From positions 1-21,587 of the forward strand of contig JBBQPO010000074.1 in the NCBI GenBank assembly GCA_038217285.1: 21,587 nucleotides of DNA, read 5' to 3'. A program made the translations under genes and the position numbers. The notes under the pieces are model-generated. The model was not told the DNA's origin. It saw nothing but the letters and a program-made list of their open reading frames with translations, and made no database searches. The DNA comes from Chthonomonadales bacterium (GTDB taxonomy: Bacteria; Armatimonadota; Chthonomonadetes; Chthonomonadales; Chthonomonadaceae). Within the stretch, counting starts at the first letter, position 1. Every line of letters starts with the position of its first letter. Shown one piece after another: positions 7,883-16,417 of the stretch.

Positions 7883-9547
7883 TTATCCTTTCCTTGATGA
7901 TTTCGTGCTTTCCGGCTTACGGGAAGGTGGTCTAAAATCTGGTTTGGCTAGAACGCCCGCTTTGTAGACTTGTGGAGTGTTTCCTAGTCTGACCATTGCC
8001 TCTCCGAAAGCCTGTTTTGCTCGGCTTTGTACAGCGTCCTTCCAGTCGCTGGATGCTTGCTCTGTTTGTTCTTTGGTCCCGGCAAGACCAAACAGCAAGG
8101 AATGAAATTCCGTTTCCAACATTCCCCAGTAGGAGGATGTGGGAGACAGAGATTTTTCTAAATTTTTTATCTGTGCTGGGTCAGGTTTCTTTGACCCTTT
8201 AACCTCGCCGAGCGCACCTTGCGATCCGGGCGCAAGGAAGTTGCTACAAAGGGACTTTGTAGCCTTAAGCAGAGCTTTCTCGACTTGCTCTGCGTCATCG
8301 AGGAGAAATCCTAGCCGAGATATCAACTCGGCATTCTCCAGGTAAACAACAGGCAAGGCTAATCGTTCGTGTCTCCAGAGAACAAGTTTCGCTTTATCAT
8401 TGACAAAGCCTGAGATGTTCAGGATGAGCGGCGGTAAGTCTTTTCGAACAACGTCACCTTCCTCAAGAAGTTCTGCGATATGTCTGAGAACTTGAGGACG
8501 TGTGTCATCCTGTTTTATGTTTTTGAACTGCAATAAGGCATGAACATCACGCCATGATGCTTTTTCTTCCTTCATGCAGAGCACGTTTTCTTCCTCTCCG
8601 TGTGCGCTCCGCATATAAAACTTCATAGGATCGCGGATAAGCGCTTTATGTGCCTGTCTTCCCTGTGTAAAGTGGATTTGCGAAACTCTATAAGAGCCTT
8701 GATTCTCGGTAGGCATCAGCCGGACCATCCGCGCCTGCCAAGTATAAAGATCTAGAGGTGCAGCAGGAACCTGAGCATTGCCGCTTTTGTGCGACGATGT
8801 AATTTGCTTGGTGTAGTCTGCGTTTTCCCAACATGGCCTGTCGTTCTTTCTAGCGACATAGCGCACCCAGTTCAGCAACAATGTCTCTTTTAGATTTCGC
8901 CCAGTCAGCCAGCAGACGATTCCTTTAAACAGAAGACCATTTTGCCTGCCACCGGGGTCAAATTTAGCTTGGCCGTCTAGCGTATAACGCCCGCTCTGAC
9001 TGGATGAAGTGCCGTAATTTTGTGCTGCGATAAGCAACCGCGCTGCTTCTGCCGCAGAAATGGCAATTCGACTTTCGTACAAATGTCGATGGTCGAAAAG
9101 ATGGGAGACTGCAACATCAGGTGCATCTTTGTGAAGACGGAAGATGTTATCAGCTTCTTCTTCAATAAGATCACTCTTGTTAGCGCCTTTAACGACAGAC
9201 ATTCCCGGCGTCTGATAGAACGGATACTTACCATGAAACAGAAAGAACCGTTCATGAAATTTCTCGAAATAGGTATCTATTTCGCTGGTCGCCAGGCTCG
9301 AAGAGTACCATAGGCGCTTCCAGTTTGCGGTGAAATGTTCGTCGTTCTGTGCTGGATAGAAGCAGTATAGCAGTGCCAAATGGAGTCGAAGCAACGCCGT
9401 TGTGACCAACGGTGACGGATCGTGGATCTCCTCAATATTATGTGCATGGAGGAAAACTTCTCGTAGACCCAGATTTCGCACTTCTCCTCCGACAAAGCGA
9501 CAGGGGATCCACTCCTCATGTATCAGGCTATACGCCGGGCTCATCAT
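7883..9547 (-). CDS. cas8e: Cas8e (CasA/Cse1) large subunit
   Basis: YSLIHEEWIP, YFEKFHERFFLF..YPFYQ, GRNLKETLLLN, YTWQARMVRL, DPM and SWRD motifs. The start overlaps the cas3 stop. Confidence 0.95.
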   Translation of the reverse strand: MMSPAYSLIHEEWIPCRFVGGEVRNLGLREVFLHAHNIEEIHDPSPLVTTALLRLHLALLYCFYPAQNDEHFTANWKRLWYSSSLATSEIDTYFEKFHERFFLFHGKYPFYQTPGMSVVKGANKSDLIEEEADNIFRLHKDAPDVAVSHLFDHRHLYESRIAISAAEAARLLIAAQNYGTSSSQSGRYTLDGQAKFDPGGRQNGLLFKGIVCWLTGRNLKETLLLNWVRYVARKNDRPCWENADYTKQITSSHKSGNAQVPAAPLDLYTWQARMVRLMPTENQGSYRVSQIHFTQGRQAHKALIRDPMKFYMRSAHGEEENVLCMKEEKASWRDVHALLQFKNIKQDDTRPQVLRHIAELLEEGDVVRKDLPPLILNISGFVNDKAKLVLWRHERLALPVVYLENAELISRLGFLLDDAEQVEKALLKATKSLCSNFLAPGSQGALGEVKGSKKPDPAQIKNLEKSLSPTSSYWGMLETEFHSLLFGLAGTKEQTEQASSDWKDAVQSRAKQAFGEAMVRLGNTPQVYKAGVLAKPDFRPPSRKPESTKSSRKG

Positions 9548-12297
9548 TTTCTTTTCCCTTCTCTCAAGCCGAACTCTTCATCCAGTTCGAGCGTTATGTT
9601 GTCCGCTTCCCCAACCTTTGCTACCCCACTCTCAAAACGAACAGGGAAATGGAAACGGAGATGTGATTGTTTTTGCCAACCCTGTGGGCGCAAAATTTTC
9701 ATAATCTCATGGACTAAATGCCCGCTCGTAATGTTCACCTCGAATTCCATTAATGAGCGGACGTCTTCTGGCGTTTTAGGGTACTCGTGATCGGGCGCAA
9801 GAACTTCATTTTGCTTACCTGTCCCAATGCAGATGATGCGGACATTCACATCGCTAAGTCGGGTCGCGGCTCGTATTGCGGCATCAACGCTAGGGTTATC
9901 TTCCTCATTCAATTTGCGGTTCGGTTGATTGAAGAGGTAACGCGGTAGGCAGGGTTCTTTGATGATAACCTGTTCAGCAGTATTTTCCGAATTCATGATT
10001 TCGTTTCGAAGTTTGATCCAAGCAATTTGCAATACTTGCCTCGTGCCTTCCGGCAGGTCGGTGGGATCAGGGGCGTCGTAGACGGCGGCGACCAGGGGTT
10101 CAATGTCCTCCGCTAACAGAATTTGCGGTCGGTCTTTTAGCACGAACCAGGAGCGCAGCAGGGTATGCTCGGCATAGACGAAGGCGCTCTTACCGAAGTC
10201 CGGCAAGCCTGTCTGCACATCGCAATCGTAGAGCAGGGCGAAGCGCGTTTCCGTTGCAGTGCGGGCACGGGAGTGACGCCAGAGACGGCCCATGCGCTGC
10301 AGAATTAGGTCCACGGGCGCGATCTCGGAGGCCATAAAATCCGCATCCAGGTCTAAGGACTGCTCGACAACTTGAGTCGCGACAAGCAAGGTTTTGGACC
10401 GGGGCCGCGTTCGCTTTTCGCCGGACTCCTTGCCGAACAGTTCCAGAACCCTGTCCTCCTTCTCCTTGCGCCATTTGAACGGTGTGCGGGCATGAAAGAG
10501 CAGGCATGTCCAGCCCTGCTCCGAGAGTTCGGCTTTCAACTCGGCGTACATCTGCTGGGCTCGCGCAACGGTGTTGCAGATCACAATCGCGCAGCCGTCG
10601 CCCGGAATGGCGGCGAGCAAGGCGGACTGCACGGCGGCAGGCGTATTGGGGAGATGCGAAAGCATGACGCGTTTCGGCTCCGGCGCTGGGTCCTTAAAGA
10701 CCTGCATTGCGCATGCCGAGGCTGGTTTGCCTTTCTGCACGAGGGTGATGCGCGGATAGGGCGTCAGGTTCTCCGGGGCTCCAAGCGGCGTTTTCGCTCC
10801 TTTCGCATAGGCGTCTGCCAGAGCCAGGCGGGTGGGCCGAGGAAGTGTCGCAGAGAGGAGCACTACGGTGCAGTCCAACTCGGCAAGCCATTCGATCAGC
10901 CGGAAAAGCAGTGTATTCATGTAGGAGTCGTATGCGTGGACTTCATCGAACACGATGACTTTCCCAGCCAAGCCGAACAGTCGCACGAACCAGTGACGGG
11001 TTTGCAGTACGCCCAAAAGCGCCTGATCGATGGTGCCGACCCCGTAGTGCGCCAGCAGCGTCTGTTTGCTATGGGTGAACCACGCTCGCACGAGAAGCGC
11101 TCCCTTTTCGGCTTGCGTCTCCTCGTTGTATATCGGAGCCGTGAAGTTCTCGCCGATCTCGATGCGCTTTCGGTAATCTTCATCCAGAGTTGCATGGGAA
11201 TGTGCCAGGATAAGATTGAGACGTTCCGATGGGTTACGGTGGCGTAAAAACGTGCCCAGACGGTCGTGCATCGCATTTGACGTGGCCTGTGTGGGCATTG
11301 CAAGATAGGTTCCGTGGGCGAGGCCGTGAACGCGGGCATGGTCGAAGATGGCGAATGCAGCCTCGGTCTTCCCTGCGCCCATCTCCTCCTCAAGGATCCA
11401 GAGGGCAGGGCCATGAATGCTGTCAAGCTGTTCGAGGACTTTCCTCTGCAACGCATTGGGAGCGATAGGATTCGTTTCATCGAGATAGGCGAACATCTGT
11501 GCGAACTCGGCGGGCGCGGGTGGTGCAGGCGGAGGTGTCCAGCCGGACTTTTGTAGAGCAGTGGCGGCGGACTGTTGGGAGGTTTCGCGGTAGCGAACGA
11601 TATCCTGTGCACCTTGCATGACGAAATGTTTGGAGGAGCCGAACCAGTCGGCAAGAGAGATCAGAGCGGCTAACAGGGGCGCGAACGCCGCATCCGTGAC
11701 AGCCGGAAGATTAGCCGATGGCGCGGAAGTTTCCACGTCCGGCAGTCCGGCTTTGAGTTGATTCGCAAGCCAGTTGCGCGCCTCCTCCCATTCGGGACGG
11801 ACGCCCAGTGTGCGTCCCTGGATCGGAGCCAGAGCATCCGCGTGGGGGAACACGCCGTGGTGCGCCCCCAGCGCGTAGGCGAACAGTCGGGACAGATCCG
11901 GGGAGATCGCATGCGGGAACAGCCTGTTGCTTGCGAAAAGGCGTTCGACCTCCGGTACAGAGACGAAATTGTGCGGATGGTCGAGGAGGTCTGCTGGAAA
12001 GTCGAAGTCGGCGTTCTGAAGCGAGGCGAGCAGGTACTGGGCCTTGCTTTGAAACTTCGGGTTGGCCTTGCCGAGGTCGTGCAGGCCGGCCAGCATAACG
12101 AACAGTCTTCCTGCGGCTTCGATCTCCAATTCCAGTGCATTCGCCATCCGTTGTTTTAGGCCGACGGGCAGGACTTCCCACAGTTCCGCCGCGCTGTAGG
12201 CCACATCATAAAGATGGAAAAGAAGTGGATGATACGTTGTGTTCTGCGGGCGGTTCGTTTTGCCCCATAGGCGCAGAAAGGCGTTCTTGTCCGGCAT
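9544..12297 (-). CDS. cas3: Cas3 HD nuclease-helicase, 917 aa
   Basis: HD motifs HLYDV, LHDLGKA, AHHG and LADW; SF2 helicase motifs MGAGKTE, DEVHAYD, LSAT, ATQVVEQSLDLD and QRMGRLWRH. Confidence 0.98.
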   Translation of the reverse strand: MPDKNAFLRLWGKTNRPQNTTYHPLLFHLYDVAYSAAELWEVLPVGLKQRMANALELEIEAAGRLFVMLAGLHDLGKANPKFQSKAQYLLASLQNADFDFPADLLDHPHNFVSVPEVERLFASNRLFPHAISPDLSRLFAYALGAHHGVFPHADALAPIQGRTLGVRPEWEEARNWLANQLKAGLPDVETSAPSANLPAVTDAAFAPLLAALISLADWFGSSKHFVMQGAQDIVRYRETSQQSAATALQKSGWTPPPAPPAPAEFAQMFAYLDETNPIAPNALQRKVLEQLDSIHGPALWILEEEMGAGKTEAAFAIFDHARVHGLAHGTYLAMPTQATSNAMHDRLGTFLRHRNPSERLNLILAHSHATLDEDYRKRIEIGENFTAPIYNEETQAEKGALLVRAWFTHSKQTLLAHYGVGTIDQALLGVLQTRHWFVRLFGLAGKVIVFDEVHAYDSYMNTLLFRLIEWLAELDCTVVLLSATLPRPTRLALADAYAKGAKTPLGAPENLTPYPRITLVQKGKPASACAMQVFKDPAPEPKRVMLSHLPNTPAAVQSALLAAIPGDGCAIVICNTVARAQQMYAELKAELSEQGWTCLLFHARTPFKWRKEKEDRVLELFGKESGEKRTRPRSKTLLVATQVVEQSLDLDADFMASEIAPVDLILQRMGRLWRHSRARTATETRFALLYDCDVQTGLPDFGKSAFVYAEHTLLRSWFVLKDRPQILLAEDIEPLVAAVYDAPDPTDLPEGTRQVLQIAWIKLRNEIMNSENTAEQVIIKEPCLPRYLFNQPNRKLNEEDNPSVDAAIRAATRLSDVNVRIICIGTGKQNEVLAPDHEYPKTPEDVRSLMEFEVNITSGHLVHEIMKILRPQGWQKQSHLRFHFPVRFESGVAKVGEADNITLELDEEFGLREGKRK

Positions 12298-12364
12298 CGC
12301 AATGCTCCATTTCCCCTGGAATTCGCGACATTGGGCGTGTCAGAGGGATTTCAGTGTCGCTTCG

Positions 12365-12404
12365 ATTGTAGGATACTTCGGGCAGGCGGACAGCAGTGTG
12401 TCCG
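12365..12404 (-). promoter_or_regulatory. Putative cas operon promoter with palindromic operator CGGACA-N6-TGTCCG
   Basis: Perfect 6-bp inverted repeat at 12387-12404. On the minus strand it is followed after 11 nt by TATCCT (12375-12370) and an overlapping TACAAT (12370-12365). Confidence 0.55.
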
Positions 12405-12427
12405 AGTCCGGCACACAGGCGAAATAT

Positions 12428-13408
12428 TCAGGGAATTTTTTCGTCGGGGGCATAGAGCGCCGCAATTGCGCAGGCTTCCTCGTGTATCGCGACGGCGAGG
12501 GATGCAGGTTCGAGGACATGGGCATGGCGTCCCCAGGCAAGAAGTTCTTTCCGTATATCGTCTATGCCGCGTACGGTGCCGGAGAGCAGAAGTGTTCCGT
12601 CTGGCTGTTCCGCAAGGGTATGCGGAAACTCCCAGATGCGTCGTTTGGCCCAGCGGGCGGTTTCGGCATCGAAGCGCACTTTAATCTCTGTGGGTTCGCC
12701 CAGCAGCGGTCCCGCCGCGCCCTTCAGATACTCGGCGAGGGAGAAGGACGCGGGCACGGCGAACGTCTCCCCTGTACTCCGTAGAGCCAGAATGCCATCG
12801 AGCGCGAAATTGATTGCCTGACGGCGCGTATGGCAATAGGCGATGAGGTGGCAAAACCCGTGCAGCCAGACGATATGGTAAGGGTCTATTTTGCGCGTGG
12901 ACGTCGCGTCGCGGCCGATCGTATAGTAGTGCATTTCCAGGCGTTCACGCCGGTGCATCGCGTCCAGCAGTTGGCCCCAGGGCGCAGCAGCATAGTTCCG
13001 CTTCCCTGCGCTGTAATAGGCGACGGCTTCCTCTTCCATTTGTGCGCGCAGATTTGCGGGGAGGAGTCCGGCGATCTTGTCGAAGGCGGTCTGAGCGGAA
13101 TGGGCATAGGGCATCTCGGCGCGCCCGACAATAGACTGCCGGGCCAACAGCAAGGCCATGACTTCCTGCATGGTGAGCGTCAGAAGGAGGGGCGACCAGT
13201 GCTCTTCGAGGAAGTAGCCTTGCTGGCGGTTGCAGTCGAAAGGAACCCCGATCTCACGCAGGGTATCCAGGTCACGCCCGATTTGACGATCAGAACATCC
13301 GCAGGCGACAGCAAAGTCCCGTTGCGTCAGTCGTCCACCACCGTACATCAGGGTGAGGATCTGGAACAAGCGTGTCAGGGCAAAGCCACGTCGGTGTCGA
13401 GTTGCCAT
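12428..13408 (-). CDS. HTH-WYL-WCX transcriptional regulator (YafY/PafBC-like), 326 aa
   Basis: N-terminal wHTH (RLFQIL...SDRQIGRDLDTLREIGVP), WYL domain (RKIDPYHIV...HLIAYCHTRRQAINFALDGI) and C-terminal WCX-like end (LLAWGRHAHVLEPASL). Confidence 0.93.
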   Translation of the reverse strand: MATRHRRGFALTRLFQILTLMYGGGRLTQRDFAVACGCSDRQIGRDLDTLREIGVPFDCNRQQGYFLEEHWSPLLLTLTMQEVMALLLARQSIVGRAEMPYAHSAQTAFDKIAGLLPANLRAQMEEEAVAYYSAGKRNYAAAPWGQLLDAMHRRERLEMHYYTIGRDATSTRKIDPYHIVWLHGFCHLIAYCHTRRQAINFALDGILALRSTGETFAVPASFSLAEYLKGAAGPLLGEPTEIKVRFDAETARWAKRRIWEFPHTLAEQPDGTLLLSGTVRGIDDIRKELLAWGRHAHVLEPASLAVAIHEEACAIAALYAPDEKIP

Positions 13409-13637
13409 ATTGATTTAACCTAACAAGGGGAGCCGTGTTGAAAGTGGAATATTCGAAAACAGTTTCATGACGTCGCTATGATTCTCCTGCAAATAGCAGG
13501 AATAGGACGATAGAAGGCGAACAGAAAGATGCTGCCGACAGAGGAATGGACATTTGGGTTGCGGCGAAAAGAACCGGTGGGGCTGCTTTGTTCGTGCGTA
13601 CGCTCTGGCGACGCTGGCGTGGGCAGCGAGGACGAAT

Positions 13638-14459
13638 ATGAAACCGAGCGAGAAAATTCATACATTTGCTCGCCGCTGGTGTATCGAACGCATCGCCGAA
13701 CTCCGACAGGAACGCGACCATGCGAGGCAGCAAAATGTCGATACCTCGGGCAGTTCGGTGCGGCCGCAGACCGCTGTACTGGAGGCTATTCTCATTGCTG
13801 TGGAGTGGTTAAGGCCGGAGGAGTTGGGTTCTCGGCATATTGCGGCCTGGCGGCTCGTCGAAACAGGCGAGCTTGCCCCTTTGCGGTATGATCTGTGGAA
13901 AAAGCCCGAGGATATCCGGTCCATTCAGGAGGAGCGCGCCCGTTTCGTGGAGGCTGTGCGCGCGTTTGCCGCTCAGAAGGACTGGAAACAGTGGAGCGTC
14001 GAGCCACTGCCTTATCGCCGCTTCCTGCAAGAACATGAAAGCGCAAACTTAATGGTGCGCCTGCGAGAGCGGTGGAGCATCACGAAGCGATGGTGGATCC
14101 CATTCGATGAGTACCAGATTCCCTACGAGGCGTTGGTGTTCGATTCAACGGCGATCCGGAACGGACTGACCGTGGAAGCCTTACGGACCGTTCTGGCGCA
14201 ACATGGTATCGAAAGGCTCTACGGACTTCACGATACCAACCAGGAGCCCGACTGCGAACTGGATCTCGCCCTCTGGGATCCAAACCACTGGTTTCCGATG
14301 GAGACATACTGGCTCACGGAGAGCCTGGACTGGCTCTACTACACCACCCACGAAACCTCCACGACCATCGCCGGGGACTGGCTGCTCGCGGAGATCAAAG
14401 CTGTGTGGCCGAACTGGAAAGAGCATCTGTTTGTGCCTCCCTGGAAGAAACCAGCGTGA
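13638..14459 (+). CDS. Hypothetical Trp-rich protein, 273 aa
   Basis: Long ORF with a GAGG RBS before ATG 13638 and protein-like composition; no family recognised with confidence. Confidence 0.8.
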   Translation: MKPSEKIHTFARRWCIERIAELRQERDHARQQNVDTSGSSVRPQTAVLEAILIAVEWLRPEELGSRHIAAWRLVETGELAPLRYDLWKKPEDIRSIQEERARFVEAVRAFAAQKDWKQWSVEPLPYRRFLQEHESANLMVRLRERWSITKRWWIPFDEYQIPYEALVFDSTAIRNGLTVEALRTVLAQHGIERLYGLHDTNQEPDCELDLALWDPNHWFPMETYWLTESLDWLYYTTHETSTTIAGDWLLAEIKAVWPNWKEHLFVPPWKKPA

Positions 14460-14576
14460 GCGGAATATCACCACACCGTCGCAGAGTTGTGTATCGCCAT
14501 AGAGAGGGCTTATTGGCAGAATACCGAACAGCCGAGAGTTTTTGTTCGCTTTCCGGGGAGCTGTAGAACTTGGAGG

Positions 14577-14993
14577 ATGGAGACATTGAAGACCATTTTG
14601 GTCGTGGAAGACGAGCCTCGCATTCAACGGCTCATCGGAACCAACCTCAGACGGTCCGGCTATCGTGTCCTTCAAGCCATGAATGGTCACGAGGCCATCA
14701 TCGCAGTCGAGACGCAGAAGACCGACCTTATAATACTGGACACGACCCTGCCGGACACTGCCTACTGGGATCTGCTGGTGAAACTGAAACAGCACGAGAT
14801 CAGCCGGGCTCTGCCTCTTATCGTCCTGTCTCGCAAGGTGCACGAAGAAGAGGTTTTTCGCGGCGGTGGCGGGGTGGATGCCTACCTGTTCAAGCCCTTT
14901 GACCCGATGGAACTGATCTCCTTCGTGAAGCGCCTGCTTCCTGAGCCGGGTAACAAAATGTCTGGAGGTCCCTCGTGGGTGGACATATTCTGA
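14577..14993 (+). CDS. Single-domain response regulator (CheY-like receiver)
   Basis: ILVVEDE acidic pocket, DLIILD phospho-acceptor, LIVLS, YLFKPFDPMEL. Start is ATG 14577 or TTG 14586. Confidence 0.9.
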   Translation: METLKTILVVEDEPRIQRLIGTNLRRSGYRVLQAMNGHEAIIAVETQKTDLIILDTTLPDTAYWDLLVKLKQHEISRALPLIVLSRKVHEEEVFRGGGGVDAYLFKPFDPMELISFVKRLLPEPGNKMSGGPSWVDIF

Positions 14994-15093
14994 AGCGCTT
15001 CGTGGGTTCAATCGTGATTCGGCTGACGCAGGGACAGCCTGTTCGTGTGGTTCGCTCTAGCGGAGGAGCGAATATCAGGAAAGGAGATAAACT

Positions 15094-15352
15094 GTGCCAG
15101 TGAATCTTGTTGTACGGCCCCTTCAATCCTGTGATATTGCCGAAGTCGTCGTGGCCTTCCTCGCCCTGGGCTGGGGCGGTAAAGATACGGCGCAGTTTGA
15201 GCGTTATCTGGCCGAGCAGGATGCCGGGATGCGGGTGACGCGGCTACGTTCCGGATGGGCACGGGCTGATGACGCACGAGCAGCCGGTGATTTATGGGGC
15301 GTCTATTCCGGTCGATGATGGGCTAGCCTTGTACTTCACAAAGCTGTTGTAA
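15094..15352 (+). pseudogene. GNAT-family acetyltransferase remnant with an internal deletion and frameshift
   Basis: AAGGAG RBS plus GTG 15094 gives ...VRPLQSCDIAEVVVAFLALGW..FERYLAEQDAGMRV. The +1 frame from 15239 gives RGYVPDGHGLMTHEQPVIYGASIPVDDGLALYFTKLL*. These resemble the two termini of one GNAT family, with the acetyl-CoA-binding core absent. Confidence 0.75.
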
Positions 15353-15420
15353 TAGCGCCTTCTCTACGGACCGGGTTGCGCGCCCGCATCGAGGGAGGAT
15401 TCGGGGACGGGGTCGTCTGC

Positions 15421-15450
15421 CCGGCAGTCTCCCGGTGAGGAGGCTGCCGG
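15421..15450. terminator. GC-rich hairpin between convergent genes, possible terminator or RNA structure
   Basis: CCGGCAGTCTCC-CGGTGA-GGAGGCTGCCGG forms a 12-bp stem with one G-U pair; there is no U tract. Confidence 0.35.
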
Positions 15451-15516
15451 TGACGAAGGCGTGGGGCCATCGGCCGTGTTACCGATGCCGCCGACGATGG
15501 TGGTGCAAATCTCGGC

Positions 15517-16335
15517 TCAGTCTTTTTTGCGCTTACTCGGTTTGGGTTCGGAGAGGCGTTCCAGGCGGTGGGTGCCGGCGGGCTTTTTGATCGGCTCGGT
15601 GTAGGTGTCGCCGACGATGAGGCGCAGCAGGTTGGGTATCCAGGAATCGCGTTTGCCGGCCCCATAGCCGATCGCGCGCGGAATGAAGGCCGGCACGGGC
15701 GCCAACTCTCCGGTCGGGGTGCGCTCCGCGAACTCGGCCAGCAGGGCGGCGCCGGTGGGGGTGATCAGCTCTTTCGGGCGGTCGTCGGGGCGCAGCGGGA
15801 AGCCGACCAGAAGCTCCATCGTCGCGGGCGCGGGGACGGGCATCGTGCCGTGCGCGCACTCCACCCAGCCGCGATTGAAGGGCAGCGGCGAGGCGTAGAC
15901 CTTCTCGACGCCCAGCATCTCCAGGCCGATACACGCGCCGATGACGTCCACGATCGCATCGACCGCACCGACCTCATGGAAATGGATCGTGTCCGGCGTC
16001 ATGGCATGGATTTTGGCTTCGGCATGGGCCAGTTGGGTGAACGCGCCCATCGCCCGACAACGCACCGTCTCCGATACGCCGCTCTTCTCCAGAATTTCGG
16101 CGATATCCGCCAGATGGCGGCCATGTCCCTGATCGGCCTCGTGCAGTTGGACGTCCACATCCATCCCGGAAATTCCCTCTTTGACGACCATACCGATCTC
16201 CAGAGAGTAACCGGGTACATTAAGGCGTTCCATCTCCGCGCGCCAGGCGGCCTCGTCCACGCCCGCATGCAGCAGCGCCCCGAGCATCATGTCTCCGCTC
16301 ACTCCGCTGAAACAGTCGAAATAGGCAATCCGCAT
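15517..16335 (-). CDS. larC: LarC-family nickel insertion protein, N-terminal (LarC1-like) part only, 272 aa
   Basis: MRIAYFDCFSGVSGDMMLGAL, AEAKIH, HFHEVGAVDAIVD, CAHGTMPVPAPAT, ELITPTGAA, IGYGAG, PNLLR. It ends in a short basic tail instead of the C-terminal domain. Confidence 0.92.
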   Translation of the reverse strand: MRIAYFDCFSGVSGDMMLGALLHAGVDEAAWRAEMERLNVPGYSLEIGMVVKEGISGMDVDVQLHEADQGHGRHLADIAEILEKSGVSETVRCRAMGAFTQLAHAEAKIHAMTPDTIHFHEVGAVDAIVDVIGACIGLEMLGVEKVYASPLPFNRGWVECAHGTMPVPAPATMELLVGFPLRPDDRPKELITPTGAALLAEFAERTPTGELAPVPAFIPRAIGYGAGKRDSWIPNLLRLIVGDTYTEPIKKPAGTHRLERLSEPKPSKRKKD

Positions 16336-16417
16336 CGTCCTCTTTTTCCCTTCTGAAGATCGCCCTGCTGGCTTGCGAGGGCGGACCAGGCGTCTATTCA
16401 CCATGTCGGCTACAATT

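Noticed and set aside
15336-15665. Possible frameshifted LarC2 continuation at the A-runs near the end of larC
   Set aside because: The alternative frames give Pro/Ala/Arg-rich sequence without LarC2 motifs, and there is too little room before the next gene.
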